Shown piece by piece: positions 5,876 to 15,348 of a stretch of DNA of 16,449 nucleotides. Each line of letters begins with the position of its first letter. Position 1 is the stretch's first letter. The notes beneath the pieces are model-generated. The model had not been told where the DNA came from. It saw only the letters and a program-made list of their open reading frames with translations, and did not search any database. Origin of the DNA: an uncultured Fibrobacterota bacterium. GTDB lineage: Bacteria > Fibrobacterota > Chitinivibrionia > Chitinivibrionales > FEN-1185. Both the position numbers and the translations under genes were made by a program. The stretch lies in NCBI GenBank assembly GCA_963753345.1, contig CAVWBU010000007.1, forward strand, positions 1 to 16,449, in the 5' to 3' direction.

Positions 5876-7774
5876 ATGAATATTGTTCTGCCCGACAAAA
5901 GTCTCACAACGCTGCCCGACGGCGCCACTGCCGTCCAACTCGCCGCCGCCATATCTCCGCGTCTTGCCAAGGAAGCCCTTGCCGCAAAAGTCAATAACAT
6001 CCTGGCGGACCTGGGCGCTCCGCTCCACGACAACGATTCGGTTGAGATAATCACCTTCGCCTCCGCCGAAGGCAAGTCGGTGTTCTGGCATTCCTCCTCG
6101 CACGTGATGGCCCAGGCGGTGCAGGCAATTTTCCCCTCTGCAAAGATCGCCATCGGCCCGGCCATCGACAACGGGTTCTACTACGATTTCGACACCGACA
6201 AGCCGATCACGCCCGACGATCTGAAAAAGATAGAAGAAAAGATGCGGGAGATCGTGTCAAAGAAAACTCCCATCATTCGTCACGCATCAAGCAGGGCTGA
6301 GGCCCAGGCATATTTCTCCGGCAAAAACGAGCCCTACAAGCTCGAGCTGCTGGGCGACATTCAGGGCGAACCCACGCTGTACAGCCAGGGCGAATGGCAG
6401 GACCTGTGCCGCGGGCCGCACGTGCCCGACACGGGCTACATCCGGGCCGTCAAGCTGCTCAGCATCGCGGGCGCATACTGGCGCGGCAGCGAAAAGAACA
6501 AGATGCTCACGCGGCTGTACGGCATATCGTTCCCCAAGCAGTCGCAGCTTGACGAATACATCACCATGATCGAAGAAGCGCAGAAGCGGGATCACCGCAG
6601 GCTTGGAAAGGACCTCGATCTGTTTTCGTTTCATGCCGAGGGCGCCGGATTCCCGTTCTGGCACGGCCGCGGCATGGTCCTGTACAACACCATCATGGAC
6701 TACTCGCGCGCAATGCATGTCGCGGCGGGATACCAGGAAGTAAAGACGCCCATGATCCTCAACGAGGAGCTGTGGCACCGAAGCGGGCACTGGGACAAGT
6801 ACCGCGAAAACATGTATTTCACGACCATCGACGAGATCACGCACGCAGTCAAGCCCATGAATTGCCCGGGCGGCCTGCTCATTTACAAGAACAGCGCGCA
6901 TTCGTACCGCGAATTCCCCATCAAGTACTGCGAATTCGGCCTCGTGCACCGCCACGAGAAAGCCGGCGTGCTGCACGGCCTGTTCCGGGTGCGGCAATTT
7001 ACCCAGGACGACGCTCACCTCTTCTGCCTGCCCCACCAGATCGAGCCGCAGATCATGGAGGTGATCGACTTTATCACGGTCATGTACCGCACCTTCGGAT
7101 TTTCCGATTTTGCAATGGAACTGTCCACCCGTCCGGAAAAATTCATGGGCGCGCCCGAACTGTGGGACAGGGCCGAGACCGCACTCAAGAATGTGCTCGA
7201 CGCAAAGAAATGCGCCTACAAGATAAACCCGGGCGACGGCGCGTTCTACGGCCCCAAGATCGACTTTCATATCAAGGACTGTCTCAACCGCAGCTGGCAA
7301 TGCGGCACGGTGCAGCTCGATTTCCAGATGCCCGAGCGATTCGAGCTGGAGTACGCCGATGCCGACGGCACGAAGAAGCGGCCCGTCATGATCCATCGTG
7401 CGCTCTTCGGGTCCATGGAGCGGTTCATCGGCATCATGCTCGAACACTACGCGGGCGCGCTGCCCGTGTGGCTCGCGCCCGTGCAGGCGAAGGTGATCCC
7501 GATTTCCGACAAGTCAATGGCCTACGCGAAACAGGTGTTCGACGCGTGCGCCGCCGCGGGCATCCGCGTCGAGATCGACGACCGGTCGGAAAAAATGGGC
7601 TACAAGATCCGCGACGCGGAGACAAAGAAAATTCCGTATATGGCAGTTGTCGGAGAAAAGGAAGCGGAATCGAAAACCGTATCGGTCCGGCGCCACAAGG
7701 ACGGCGACCAGGGAGCCCGTCCCCTGGAGGCTTTTGTCGCGGCCGTCGCAGCCGAGGCGAAAAAACCGTCCTGA
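5876..7774 (+). CDS. thrS: Threonine--tRNA ligase
   Basis: N-terminal TGS, editing domain HSSSH and DLCRGPH, RDHRRLG, KPMNCP, FTQDDAH, GAFYGPKID, MIHRA, anticodon-binding C-terminus. Confidence 0.98.
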   Translation: MNIVLPDKSLTTLPDGATAVQLAAAISPRLAKEALAAKVNNILADLGAPLHDNDSVEIITFASAEGKSVFWHSSSHVMAQAVQAIFPSAKIAIGPAIDNGFYYDFDTDKPITPDDLKKIEEKMREIVSKKTPIIRHASSRAEAQAYFSGKNEPYKLELLGDIQGEPTLYSQGEWQDLCRGPHVPDTGYIRAVKLLSIAGAYWRGSEKNKMLTRLYGISFPKQSQLDEYITMIEEAQKRDHRRLGKDLDLFSFHAEGAGFPFWHGRGMVLYNTIMDYSRAMHVAAGYQEVKTPMILNEELWHRSGHWDKYRENMYFTTIDEITHAVKPMNCPGGLLIYKNSAHSYREFPIKYCEFGLVHRHEKAGVLHGLFRVRQFTQDDAHLFCLPHQIEPQIMEVIDFITVMYRTFGFSDFAMELSTRPEKFMGAPELWDRAETALKNVLDAKKCAYKINPGDGAFYGPKIDFHIKDCLNRSWQCGTVQLDFQMPERFELEYADADGTKKRPVMIHRALFGSMERFIGIMLEHYAGALPVWLAPVQAKVIPISDKSMAYAKQVFDACAAAGIRVEIDDRSEKMGYKIRDAETKKIPYMAVVGEKEAESKTVSVRRHKDGDQGARPLEAFVAAVAAEAKKPS

Positions 7775-7814
7775 TTCCCGGCCGTCCCATCACCCGCAAC
7801 AGAAGGAGGAGTTT

Positions 7815-8465
7815 ATCAACAGATTTCTGCCGCCACGACAGGACAAGGACATGCCTCATGTCAATGAGGAAATCAGAGTGCCGCGCGTGCGCGTCGTGTC
7901 AAGCACCGGCGAGGCCCTCGGCATCCTGACGATCATCGAAGCGAGGGAACGCGCCACGCTCGAAGGTCTCGATCTTGTGGAAGTTGCTCCGAGCGCCGAA
8001 CCGCCCGTCTGCAGGATCATGGACTACGGAAAATTCAAGTATGAAAAGTCGAAGAAGCAGAAGGAAGCGAAGAAGAAGCAGCACGTGTCGCATCTCAAGG
8101 AAATCAAGATGCACCCGAAAATCGAGGACCACGATTACGGGTTCAAGATGGACCACGCGCGCAAGTTCCTGTTCCGGGGCGACCGGGTGAAAGCCACCAT
8201 CGTGTTCCGCGGCCGCGAAATTGCGCATCTTGATTTCGGAAAAAAACTCCTTCAGCGGCTCGATGCCGACATTACCGACCTGTGCAGCGTGGAATTCAGC
8301 TGCAAGATGGAAGGCAGAAACATGATTTCGATGTATGTTCCCGACAAGGCAAAGATCAAGGAATTCACCAGAAAAGTCGAGCAGGAACGGAGGCGCCAGG
8401 AACAGGAGATGAAGAAAGAAGCCGCCGCTGCAACCATGGAACAGCCACCTGAAGTCCAGCAATAA
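7815..8465 (+). CDS. infC: Translation initiation factor IF-3 (probable ATC start)
   Basis: [43 protein letters not shown] motifs. SD AAGGAGG at 7803-7809 precedes an in-frame ATC at 7815; position thrS-infC-rpmI. Confidence 0.95.
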   Translation: MNRFLPPRQDKDMPHVNEEIRVPRVRVVSSTGEALGILTIIEARERATLEGLDLVEVAPSAEPPVCRIMDYGKFKYEKSKKQKEAKKKQHVSHLKEIKMHPKIEDHDYGFKMDHARKFLFRGDRVKATIVFRGREIAHLDFGKKLLQRLDADITDLCSVEFSCKMEGRNMISMYVPDKAKIKEFTRKVEQERRRQEQEMKKEAAAATMEQPPEVQQ

Positions 8466-8488
8466 ATAACCAGAAAAGAGGGACCAGT

Positions 8489-8680
8489 ATGCCGAAAATG
8501 AGGACCAGAAGCACCGTCAAAAAACGTTTCCGCGTCACCGCCGGCGGCCTTGTGAAGAGGAAGAAAGTGAACCTGCGACACATCCTCACCACGAAAAACA
8601 GGAAGCGGAAACGCAGGCTTGGCAAAAAGGCCATTGTGATTCCGGTGCAGGCAAGAAAATTGAAAGCGATGATGAGCTAG
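8489..8680 (+). CDS. rpmI: 50S ribosomal protein L35
   Basis: [20 protein letters not shown]...[14 protein letters not shown]; synteny. Confidence 0.97.
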   Translation: MPKMRTRSTVKKRFRVTAGGLVKRKKVNLRHILTTKNRKRKRRLGKKAIVIPVQARKLKAMMS

Positions 8681-8722
8681 GTTCCAAGAAAACCCGTATC
8701 ATAGCAATAAAGGAGTAGTACC

Positions 8723-9070
8723 ATGCCGAGAGCAAAGACGCGCGTGGCGTCCCGCGCACGCAGAAAAAAAATCCTGAAGGCCAATGCCGGTTACTTCGGC
8801 AAGAGAAAAAGTTGCATCCGCACCGCAAAGGATGCATTCTGGAAAGCGGGAAAATACCAGTACCGTGACCGGAAGCAGAGAAAGCGCCAGTTCCGCTCGC
8901 TGTGGATCTCCCGCATCAACGCGGCGGCGCGCGACGGCGGCCTTTCGTATTCCCATTTTATTGCCGGGCTCAAGCAGAAGGGCATCTGCCTCGACCGCAA
9001 GGTGCTTGCGCAGCTTGCGCTTCACGAACCGGAATCGTTCAAGAAACTCTTGGATACGGTGAAGGCATAG
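8723..9070 (+). CDS. rplT: 50S ribosomal protein L20
   Basis: MPRAK...YRDRKQRKRQFRSLWISRINAAAR..LSYS..LDRKVLAQLA; SD AAGGAG. Confidence 0.98.
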   Translation: MPRAKTRVASRARRKKILKANAGYFGKRKSCIRTAKDAFWKAGKYQYRDRKQRKRQFRSLWISRINAAARDGGLSYSHFIAGLKQKGICLDRKVLAQLALHEPESFKKLLDTVKA

Positions 9071-9079
9071 GGCAGGGGC

Positions 9080-10114
9080 ATGGCCGAAGACAGCGTCATC
9101 CCCACCCTCGAGCTTCTCGAGAAGGCGGAAAAGGAAGCCGTTGCGCAGCTTTCGGCAATTTCGGCCGATGCCGAGGCAGAGGCGTTCCGGATCAAATATC
9201 TGGGAAAAAAGGGGCTTCTCCCCTCTCTTGTCAAAGGGGTAAAGGACCTCTCGCCCGAACAGAAGCGCAGCATCGGCGCAAAGGCCAACGCGCTGTTCCG
9301 TTCCATTGAGGAGCAATTCAAGGCCGCGCCCTGGACCAGGAAGCAGGATGCGGCGGCGCCGGGTTCGTTCGACCCCACGCTGCCGGGATTTCCCTTTCCC
9401 CGGGGCGGCATTCATCCCCTCACGCGCATCCGCAACCGCATGCGCGACATTTTCGCGGGAATGGGTTTCGAAATCGCCTACGGTCCCGAGGTGGAGACAG
9501 ACTACTACAATTTCGGCGCGCTCAATTTCCAGCCGAACCATCCGGCGCGCGACATGCAGGACACGTTTTACATAAAGGCAGACGAAGTCCTGCTCCGCAC
9601 CCACACGTCGCCCGTGCAGGTGCGCGTCATGCTCAACCGCAAACCGCCCATCCGGTGCATCATGCCGGGCAGGGTCTACCGGAACGAAGAGGTGAGCAGC
9701 CGCAGCTACTGCCTGTTCCACCAGGTGGAGGGCCTGTACGTCGACAAGGGCGTGAGCTTCGCCGACCTCAAGGGGACGCTTCTCGCGTTTGCAAAGCAGT
9801 TCTTCGACGAGAACACAAAAATCAAGATACGGCCGAGCTTTTTCCCCTTCACCGAGCCGAGCGTCGAAGTCGACGTATGGTGTTTTTTATGCGGCGGGAA
9901 GGGCTGCCCGCTGTGCAAGCAGAGCGGGTGGCTCGAGATCCTCGGCGCGGGCATGGTGCATCCCAACGTGCTCGCAAACTGCGGCATCGACAACGAAAAA
10001 TACACGGGCTTTGCGTTCGGCATGGGGATTGAGCGCATCGCATTGCTCAAGTACGGCATTGACGACATACGAATTTTGTTCGAGAACGACGTTAGGTTCC
10101 TGAGACAGTTCTAA
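9080..10114 (+). CDS. pheS: Phenylalanine--tRNA ligase alpha subunit
   Basis: [64 protein letters not shown]. Confidence 0.98.
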   Translation: MAEDSVIPTLELLEKAEKEAVAQLSAISADAEAEAFRIKYLGKKGLLPSLVKGVKDLSPEQKRSIGAKANALFRSIEEQFKAAPWTRKQDAAAPGSFDPTLPGFPFPRGGIHPLTRIRNRMRDIFAGMGFEIAYGPEVETDYYNFGALNFQPNHPARDMQDTFYIKADEVLLRTHTSPVQVRVMLNRKPPIRCIMPGRVYRNEEVSSRSYCLFHQVEGLYVDKGVSFADLKGTLLAFAKQFFDENTKIKIRPSFFPFTEPSVEVDVWCFLCGGKGCPLCKQSGWLEILGAGMVHPNVLANCGIDNEKYTGFAFGMGIERIALLKYGIDDIRILFENDVRFLRQF

Positions 10115-10211
10115 CTCACCCTTCCACCCCCGGCCCCTCCTCCCCTCTCTCGCGAGAGAGGGGAGGAGGGGTGGCCCGAAGCAAAGCGAAGGGCCGGGGT
10201 GGTGAGGTGAG
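10115..10211. repeat. GC-rich palindromic (REP-like) element between pheS and pheT
   Basis: Perfect 38-bp palindrome at 10134-10171, plus outer inverted repeats CCACCCCCGGCCC/GGGCCGGGGTGG and CTCACC/GGTGAG. Confidence 0.85.
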
Positions 10212-10248
10212 GTCGTAACGAAATAAACCAATCACTGAAACTTCCTGT

Positions 10249-12693
10249 ATGAAATTTTCCCTTTCCTGGCTCAAGGATTTTGTCGACATCACGGTTCCGG
10301 CCGAGGACGTGGCCGCAGTACTGACCTCGGTGGGCATCGAAGTCGCATCGCTCGCCAAACGCCACATCCCGGCTGGCGTGAAGGTCGCGAAAGTCCTTTC
10401 GGTCGACAAGCACCCCAACGCCGACAAACTCCACGTGTGCACGGTTGACGCAGGAGAATCCGCGCCGCTGTCGATCGTGTGCGGAGCGCCGAACGTCGGC
10501 GCGGGCATGCTCGCGCCGCTGGCGACCGTGGGCACAACGTTTGAAAACGGCCCGACCATCTCGCGGGCAAAGCTCCGCGGCGTGGAATCGTTCGGCATGC
10601 TGTGCTCGGAGAGGGAGCTTGGGCTTTCCGACGACCATTCGGGCCTCATGTCCCTTTCGGCCGACATGAAGGTGGGCGCCGAGCTTTCCGCATACTATCC
10701 CGACGACCACATCTTCGAAATCGAGATTACGCCCAACCGCGGCGACTGCTTGAGCGTTCTCGGCGTGGCCCGCGAAGTCGCCGCAAAACTCGGCGCGCCT
10801 GTCAAGAACACGTCGCTCTCCCCTCTCGAATCGCCCGGTCCCGGCGTCGATGCATTCATGTCGGTCGCCATCGAGGCCCCGGCCGAATGCCCGCGCTACT
10901 GCGGAAGGCTGGTGAAAGGGGTCCGCATCGCGCCGTCGCCGCCGTGGATGGCCCAGCGCCTCTCCGACGCAGGCGTGAGGCCCATCAACAACGTGGTCGA
11001 CATCACCAACTACATCATGCTCCATTTCGGCCAGCCCATGCACGCGTTCGATTATGCCGCGATCGCCGAACATAAAATTGTTGTGCGCAAGGCCGGCGCC
11101 GCAACCTCGTTTACCACCCTCGACCAGGCGGAGCGTTCCCTTTCGTCAAGCGACCTCCTTATCTGCGACGGAAAGCGGCCCGTGGCACTCGCCGGCACCA
11201 TGGGCGGCGCGGGCTCCGAGATTTCCGATTCGACAACAGATGTTTTTCTCGAATGCGCGTACTTCAGCCCGTCCGGCATCCGCACTACATCGAAGCGCCT
11301 CGGGCTTTCCACCGAATCGTCGTACCGGTTCGAGCGCGGCGTGGACCCGGAGCACGCGCTGGTGTGGGCAATCGACACTGCGGCGGAGATGCTCCGGCTG
11401 TACGCGGCAGGTTCGGTTGTTCCGGGAAGAATCGATGCGTACCCCGCACCGGTGAAACGGCCAACCATCCGCCTGCGCCCCTCGCGCGTCAAGCTGCTGC
11501 TTGGCGTCGGCATTCCCAAAGCCACAATCGCATCAACCATGTCGTCGCTGCAGTTTGAATGCCGCGATGCGGGAGAAGATGCGTTCGACTGTTGCGCCCC
11601 GGCGTTCCGCCACGACATTTTTGTCGAGGCCGATCTTATCGAGGAAGTGGGACGTTTTTACGGCTACGACAATATCCCTTCGGCACAGAGCGCGGCCGTG
11701 AGCCTTGCCTGCGCTCCTTCAACCGCGGAAACGCGCGTCGATGCCATACGATCTTCACTCGCCTACGCCGGCCTGAGCGAAATCGTCACCAACAGTCTGA
11801 CATCCGAGAAAAAGAACCGGATGGTGCGGCCCGATGCAACGCCGGTGGCGCTCGTGAACCCGCTTTCTCCGGAAATGGCCCAGCTGCGGACAAGTATGCT
11901 CGGATCGAGCCTGGAGATCATTGCCTATAACATCAACCGCAAGAACCTTGACAACAGGTATTTCGACATTGGCAGAACCTATGTGATGGTTTCCGGCCAG
12001 GATTTGCCCGATGAGCGCGATGTTCTCGCCGTTGCAATAAGCGGTAATTTCTTTGCCAAATCGTGGAACAACGCGGAAGGGATCAAGGCCGATTTCTACG
12101 TTCTCAAGGGCATTCTCGACAAACTAGGTGCCGACATTGGGTTGGGTGCGCTTGGTTACTTTTCAGGGGCCGATGCACATCCATATTATTGCGGAACCAT
12201 CGGCAACAGCGAGGGCGGGACTGTTTATCGATATGGCGATATACAATGGTGCCGCGTTTCATCAAGTGGCAAGAATCTAGGTACTATTGGTAGAATACAA
12301 AACAGCATATGTGCGGCCTTCGACATCAAAGACCCTGTTTTCTATGCCGAGCTCGACATAACGGATTTTCTTTCTGCGCAATTGCCGCCCGTCACCTACA
12401 AACAGCTCCCGAAATACCCGGCACTGGAACGGGACTTCTGTTTTGTGCTCCGGGAGAGTGTGAGCTCGTCGGCAATCGCTCAGGAAATTCTGTCGTTGTC
12501 ACCGCTCGTCGAAGACGTGACGCCGTTCGATGTGTACCGGGGAGAAAAGCTGGGACCGGGACTCAGGAGCATCGCCTTCTCGGTGCGGCTGCGTTCCGCC
12601 GAGCGCACGCTGGTCGACAAAGAAGGGGAAGACGTGTGCCGGAACATCGTTGCGACCATGGAGAAAAAATTCAACGCCACGCTCAGGAAATAA
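10249..12693 (+). CDS. pheT: Phenylalanine--tRNA ligase beta subunit
   Basis: MKFSLSWLKDFV, HPNADKL, IVCGAPN, GMLCSERELG, ITPNRGDCLS, INNVVDITNY, RFERGVD, DLIEEVGRFYGY, FDX-ACB C-terminus. Confidence 0.98.
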   Translation: MKFSLSWLKDFVDITVPAEDVAAVLTSVGIEVASLAKRHIPAGVKVAKVLSVDKHPNADKLHVCTVDAGESAPLSIVCGAPNVGAGMLAPLATVGTTFENGPTISRAKLRGVESFGMLCSERELGLSDDHSGLMSLSADMKVGAELSAYYPDDHIFEIEITPNRGDCLSVLGVAREVAAKLGAPVKNTSLSPLESPGPGVDAFMSVAIEAPAECPRYCGRLVKGVRIAPSPPWMAQRLSDAGVRPINNVVDITNYIMLHFGQPMHAFDYAAIAEHKIVVRKAGAATSFTTLDQAERSLSSSDLLICDGKRPVALAGTMGGAGSEISDSTTDVFLECAYFSPSGIRTTSKRLGLSTESSYRFERGVDPEHALVWAIDTAAEMLRLYAAGSVVPGRIDAYPAPVKRPTIRLRPSRVKLLLGVGIPKATIASTMSSLQFECRDAGEDAFDCCAPAFRHDIFVEADLIEEVGRFYGYDNIPSAQSAAVSLACAPSTAETRVDAIRSSLAYAGLSEIVTNSLTSEKKNRMVRPDATPVALVNPLSPEMAQLRTSMLGSSLEIIAYNINRKNLDNRYFDIGRTYVMVSGQDLPDERDVLAVAISGNFFAKSWNNAEGIKADFYVLKGILDKLGADIGLGALGYFSGADAHPYYCGTIGNSEGGTVYRYGDIQWCRVSSSGKNLGTIGRIQNSICAAFDIKDPVFYAELDITDFLSAQLPPVTYKQLPKYPALERDFCFVLRESVSSSAIAQEILSLSPLVEDVTPFDVYRGEKLGPGLRSIAFSVRLRSAERTLVDKEGEDVCRNIVATMEKKFNATLRK

Positions 12694-12721
12694 CGGATGT
12701 TCGGATTTTATAAGAAAACTG

Positions 12722-12750
12722 TTCAATTTTTGTTGCGGAAATGATATAAT
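12722..12750 (+). promoter_or_regulatory. Sigma70-type promoter for zapB-zapA-rny
   Basis: TTCAAT-17 nt-TATAAT with extended -10 TGa. Confidence 0.65.
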
Positions 12751-12812
12751 TTTTGTTCGGATTCCGTTTACCGATAAGCGGTACCAATATACAAAAAGAA
12801 AAGGAGCGGAAC

Positions 12813-13013
12813 TTGTCGTTGGATTCTCTTTCTCAGTTGGAACATAAAGTTGATACGCTGGTTTCCACGGTTACGACATTGCGTGAAGAAAAGAACAGGC
12901 TTTCGGACGAAATCGAATCGTTAAAGAAAACAAACGAGGAAAAGCAGAAGAAACTGGACAGTGCGGCTGACAAGGTTCAGGGGTTGTTGTCCAAACTTGA
13001 ATCGGTGGCATAG
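12813..13013 (+). CDS. zapB: Cell division protein ZapB-like coiled coil (66 aa, TTG start)
   Basis: AAGGAG then TTG at 12813; LSQLEHKVDTLVSTVTTLREEK...KVQGLLSKLE heptad pattern; directly upstream of zapA. Confidence 0.75.
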   Translation: MSLDSLSQLEHKVDTLVSTVTTLREEKNRLSDEIESLKKTNEEKQKKLDSAADKVQGLLSKLESVA

Positions 13014-13054
13014 CCGGATTTTACGATGATCCGGCCGGCCGCGGCGAGGTACGC

Positions 13055-13339
13055 ATGAGCCCATCATCGGACAGTGTGCGCGTGACCATTCATGGCGACG
13101 AGTATCTGATAAAAGGCGATGTGGATATCGAAACCACCAGGCAGGTTGCACAGTACGTCAACAGCAAGATGGAAGAAATACAGACAGGCGTTGCATCACG
13201 GGACAAGGTGAAAATTGCCGTTCTCTCCGCGATGAATATCGCGGGGGAACTCCTTGACTGCAGGAAAAAGCTCGAAGCATTTGAGGAGAAAGCAGACATG
13301 CTCGGCAGGAAAATAGACGAAAACGTGTGTGCATCATAG
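13055..13339 (+). CDS. zapA: Cell division protein ZapA
   Basis: VRVTIHGDEYLIKG...VAQYVNSKMEEI...IAVLSAMNIAGEL; pheT-zapB-zapA-rny synteny. Confidence 0.92.
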   Translation: MSPSSDSVRVTIHGDEYLIKGDVDIETTRQVAQYVNSKMEEIQTGVASRDKVKIAVLSAMNIAGELLDCRKKLEAFEEKADMLGRKIDENVCAS

Positions 13340-13499
13340 CCTCTGCTGACAGACGGAAGCAATTGCCGGTCCGCACCGCTCAGTAGGTTCCGCGTCAAAC
13401 ACTCTCCGGTGAACGTGCTCTTCATCCCCGCCCTAACCGTTGGCGTTCGAATTTTTGTTTGACCCATATCCTTAATTTTTGCAAGCAGTCTTCAGGAGG
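13340..13499 (+). ncRNA. Candidate 6S RNA (or structured rny leader)
   Basis: Rod-like pairing by eye: CCTC..CTGA.AGAC / GTCT-TCAG-GAGG closing stem, large internal bubble, GTCAAACA/TGTTTGAC and GAACG/CGTTC. Sits directly after zapA, where ssrS commonly lies. No primary-sequence match recognised. Confidence 0.45.
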
Positions 13500-13504
13500 A
13501 CGAA

Positions 13505-15082
13505 ATGACCATGCAGGTAATACTCATTATCGGATGCGTTGTGTGCGGCATCATTGCCTTTGTGATCGGGTTCATGTGGCGCACCATTGCGGACCGGAAG
13601 CACAAGGACCGGATCATCGAGGAAACGCACGAGGAAGCCGAAAGAATCGTGCGGGAGGCGCAGAAGGAGGCGGAGCTTTCAAAGAAGACCGCGCTGCTCG
13701 AAGCAAAGGACGAGTGGTTCAAGGCAAAGGCGGAGTTCGAGCGCGAAGCGGCAAAAACCCGCGAGGGAATTCGCGCGGAACAGCAGAAACTCAAGGATCA
13801 GGAACTGGAGCTCAAGCGCCGCGACGACACCGTTTCCAAGCGCGAAGAGGAATTCACCGCCCGGGAAAACTTTCTCAACAACAAGGAAAAAACGCTGCGC
13901 AACAAGGACAACGAGCTTACCAAACTTGTTTCCATGCAAAACGAGAAACTGGAAAAGATCTCGCACATGACGCAGGACGAGGCAAAGAAGATCCTCATGA
14001 CGAACCTGGAAGGCCAGGTGCGGTACGAATGCGCGCAGATGATCAAGGAAATGAAGGACAACGCCAAGGCCGAGGCCGAGGGGGAGGCCAAGGAAATCGT
14101 GGTGCAGGCCATTCAGCGCTGCGCGGCCGACGCCACGGTCGAGTCCACGGTGAGCGTGGTGCATCTGCCCAGCGACGAAATGAAGGGCCGCATCATCGGC
14201 CGCGAGGGACGCAACATCCGGTCGTTCGAGGAAGCCACGGGCATCGACGTGATCGTCGACGACACGCCGGAGGCGGTCATTCTGTCCGGATTCGATCCCA
14301 TCAAGCGCGAAATTGCACGCATGGCCCTGGAAAAACTGATCAGCGACGGCCGCATCCATCCGGGAAGGATCGAAGAGCTCATCAAGAAGAGCGAAAAGGA
14401 GCTTGAAAAGAAAATGAAGGAGGCTGCGGAAGAGGTCATCTTCGAGCTCGACGTGCACGGCCTCAAGCCCAAGCTTGTCGAAATGATAGGCAGGCTCAAG
14501 TACCGCACCTCGTACGGCCAGAACGTGCTGCAGCACTGCAAGGAAGTTGCGATGCTCGCCGGCCTCATGGCAAGCGAGCTCGGGCTCGACCCGAAAATCG
14601 CCATCCGCGCCGGGCTGCTTCACGACATCGGAAAGGCCATTGACAGAGAGACGGAAGGAACGCACTCCCAGCTCGGCGCAGACCTTGCGGCAAAGAACGG
14701 CGAAAACGAAATCATCAGCAACGCCATTGCCGCGCACCACGAAGACGTAGCGCCGATCTCCGTGTATCCGATTCTCATCCAGGCGGCCGACACGATCTCG
14801 AGCACCCGGCCCGGCGTCCGCCGCGAAACGCTCACCAACTACGTGAACCGGCTCACCAAGCTCGAGGAAATCGCGGACTCGTTCCGCGGCGTGTCAAAGA
14901 CGTACGTGATTCAGGCCGGCCGCGAGATCCGCTGCATCGTGGAGCCGGAGCAGATCTCCGACGCACAGTCCGAGGAGCTCGCGCGCCAGATCGCGCAGAA
15001 GATTCAGGATGAGATGGAATATCCGGGCCAGATAAAAGTGACGATAATACGGGAGACAAGATTTACGGAATTTGCGAAGTAG
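13505..15082 (+). CDS. rny: Ribonuclease Y
   Basis: N-terminal TM helix, coiled coil, KH domain MKGRIIGREGRNIR, RTSYGQNVLQH, HD motif LLHDIGKA, IQAGREIR, YPGQIKVTIIRE. Confidence 0.98.
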   Translation: MTMQVILIIGCVVCGIIAFVIGFMWRTIADRKHKDRIIEETHEEAERIVREAQKEAELSKKTALLEAKDEWFKAKAEFEREAAKTREGIRAEQQKLKDQELELKRRDDTVSKREEEFTARENFLNNKEKTLRNKDNELTKLVSMQNEKLEKISHMTQDEAKKILMTNLEGQVRYECAQMIKEMKDNAKAEAEGEAKEIVVQAIQRCAADATVESTVSVVHLPSDEMKGRIIGREGRNIRSFEEATGIDVIVDDTPEAVILSGFDPIKREIARMALEKLISDGRIHPGRIEELIKKSEKELEKKMKEAAEEVIFELDVHGLKPKLVEMIGRLKYRTSYGQNVLQHCKEVAMLAGLMASELGLDPKIAIRAGLLHDIGKAIDRETEGTHSQLGADLAAKNGENEIISNAIAAHHEDVAPISVYPILIQAADTISSTRPGVRRETLTNYVNRLTKLEEIADSFRGVSKTYVIQAGREIRCIVEPEQISDAQSEELARQIAQKIQDEMEYPGQIKVTIIRETRFTEFAK

Positions 15083-15106
15083 TAGCTTTGTGTTTTGTAA
15101 AGAAAA

Positions 15107-15230
15107 GAGTGTCGGGGGAGAGGTATCTCCCCCGGCCTCGGCCAGCTTCGCCGTCCTCGGCACTCCCCTCTCCTGGGTAGCCCCCAAGGAAAAACAGTTG
15201 CAAAACCACACAGTGCTGCGGGGGCACCCA
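15107..15230. other. Structured GC-rich intergenic element 1 downstream of rny
   Basis: Hairpin GTCGGGGGAGA-GGTA-TCTCCCCCGGC (15111-15136) and hairpin TGGGTAGCCCCC...GGGGGCACCCA (15174-15230). Confidence 0.6.
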
Positions 15231-15348
15231 CGAGCGATTGCTGTCGGGACTCGAGTTGATGAATTAGAAAACGGGGAACTTCTGCTGATTTCCTTGAGCA
15301 TTCCGATTGGCGCAAGAAGAATAAATTGACAGAATAGATTCCGGTTGC

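Noticed and set aside
9870-9930. [13 protein letters not shown] cysteine cluster in PheS
   Set aside because: A common zinc-binding insertion in many bacterial PheS proteins; not unusual.
6287-14740. Long antisense or frame-shifted ORFs over thrS, pheS, pheT and rny (e.g. 6287-7447, 6772-7929, 8699-9721, 10111-11073, 13459-14406, 13679-14740)
   Set aside because: Expected by-products of high GC3 codon bias in well-supported genes.
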